In this document: piece by piece, positions 63,325 through 64,000 of the stretch | Numbering within the stretch: the first letter of the stretch is position 1 | How the letters are laid out: each line of letters starts with the position of its first letter | Assembly: GCA_946965045.2 (NCBI GenBank) | Contig: OX337229.1 | Span: 2,728,001-2,792,000, forward strand | Length of the DNA: 64,000 nt | DNA from: Epithemia pelagica | Taxonomy: Eukaryota; Protista; Bacillariophyta | Reading direction: 5' to 3' | Program-made: the position numbers and the translations under genes | Notes under the pieces: generated by a model | Databases searched by the model: none | What the model was told of the DNA's origin: nothing | The model's input: only the letters and a program-made list of their open reading frames with translations

Positions 63325-64000
63325 AGTATTAATACTTCCCGGTGTCGAGTCCTTTCAAGGAGGGACCGCCCGGCGAGGAGGGTAGAATGACGAGGAGGGC
63401 AATGGTCGAGGAGGGCGCACGCCCGACAAGACAATTGCCCGTCGAGTCATTCTCCCGACAAGCCGGGCGCGCCCGACGCGAGAGGACGGCCAGACACAGG
63501 GAAGTAGTAAACTTACTCCCTATCAAGCTGTGTAGGTAGTGAGAAATTCCTTGAAGCCATGTCACAAAGTGTCACACAAGTGTCACACACGAGGGGGAAA
63601 CCGCGCGACTCGCACGAAACTACTTCCCGGTTGTACAAAAAATTCCTACTGTAGTATAGAAATGTGAGACGAACTACCTACACAGTCTGGTATGGAGTTA
63701 GTATTAATACTTCCCGGTGTCGAGTCCTTTCAAGGAGGGACCGCCCGGCGCGGAGGGTAGAATGACGAGGAGGGCAATGGTCGAGGAGGGCGCACGCCCG
63801 ACAAGACAATTGCCCGTCGAGTCATTCTCCCGACAAGCCGGGCGCGCCCGACGCGAGAGGACGGCCAGACACAGGGAAGTAGTAAACTTACTCCCTATCA
63901 AGCTGTGTAGGTAGTGAGAAATTCCTTGAAGCCATGTCACAAAGTGTCACACAAGTGTCTCACAAGTGTCACACACGAAAGGGAAACCGTGCGACTCGCA
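63325..64000. repeat. 375-bp tandem repeat (1.8 copies visible, continues past the window end)
   Basis: The unit starting AGTATTAATACTTCCCGG occurs at 63325 and 63700, near-identical. The copy number of the internal CACAAGTGT subrepeat differs between units. Confidence 0.92.

Noticed and set aside
63329-63940. Duplicated short ORFs in the terminal repeat, or a CRISPR-like array
   Set aside because: The ORFs recur only because the DNA is repeated. The unit is 375 bp with no unique spacers and no cas genes, and the context is eukaryotic.
1-64000. tRNA, rRNA or snRNA genes
   Set aside because: No cloverleaf or conserved rRNA/snRNA sequence was recognised by eye; tRNAscan-SE or Infernal would be needed to exclude them.

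Overview
Eukaryotic nuclear DNA, very probably a pennate diatom. This is inferred from CoDi-type Ty1/copia elements, bipartite signal+transit plastid presequences, a DUF6824-like protein and short GT-AG introns. About half of the window is mobile DNA: a degenerate copia remnant (48-2093); a young copia element on the minus strand (4664-11121; identical 159-bp LTRs; gag-UGA-pol followed by a stem-loop); a second young copia element (13656-21811; 399-bp LTRs with atypical AG...CT ends) that splits a bacterial-type FAD oxidoreductase gene; a 9.7-kb TA-flanked TIR DNA transposon (26220-35923); and a tyrosine-recombinase retrotransposon with split direct repeats (53630-59918). The main candidate novelty is the DNA transposon. 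Besides a 1113-aa IS630/Tc1/mariner-like transposase, it carries a cargo gene fusing a SET methyltransferase domain to a 2-oxoglutarate/Fe(II)-dioxygenase-like domain, plus two unknown ORFs, which may form a transposon-borne chromatin-modifying (anti-silencing) module. Host genes include a tiny secreted Lys/Gly/Asp/Tyr peptide, a chlorophyllase-like hydrolase, plastid DapB, a DHHC palmitoyltransferase, a PRCC-like protein, pirin, a DnaJ protein, a Nit1-like amidase and a six-exon subtilase. A 375-bp tandem repeat runs off the right end. All family assignments come from recalled motifs; no database search was run.
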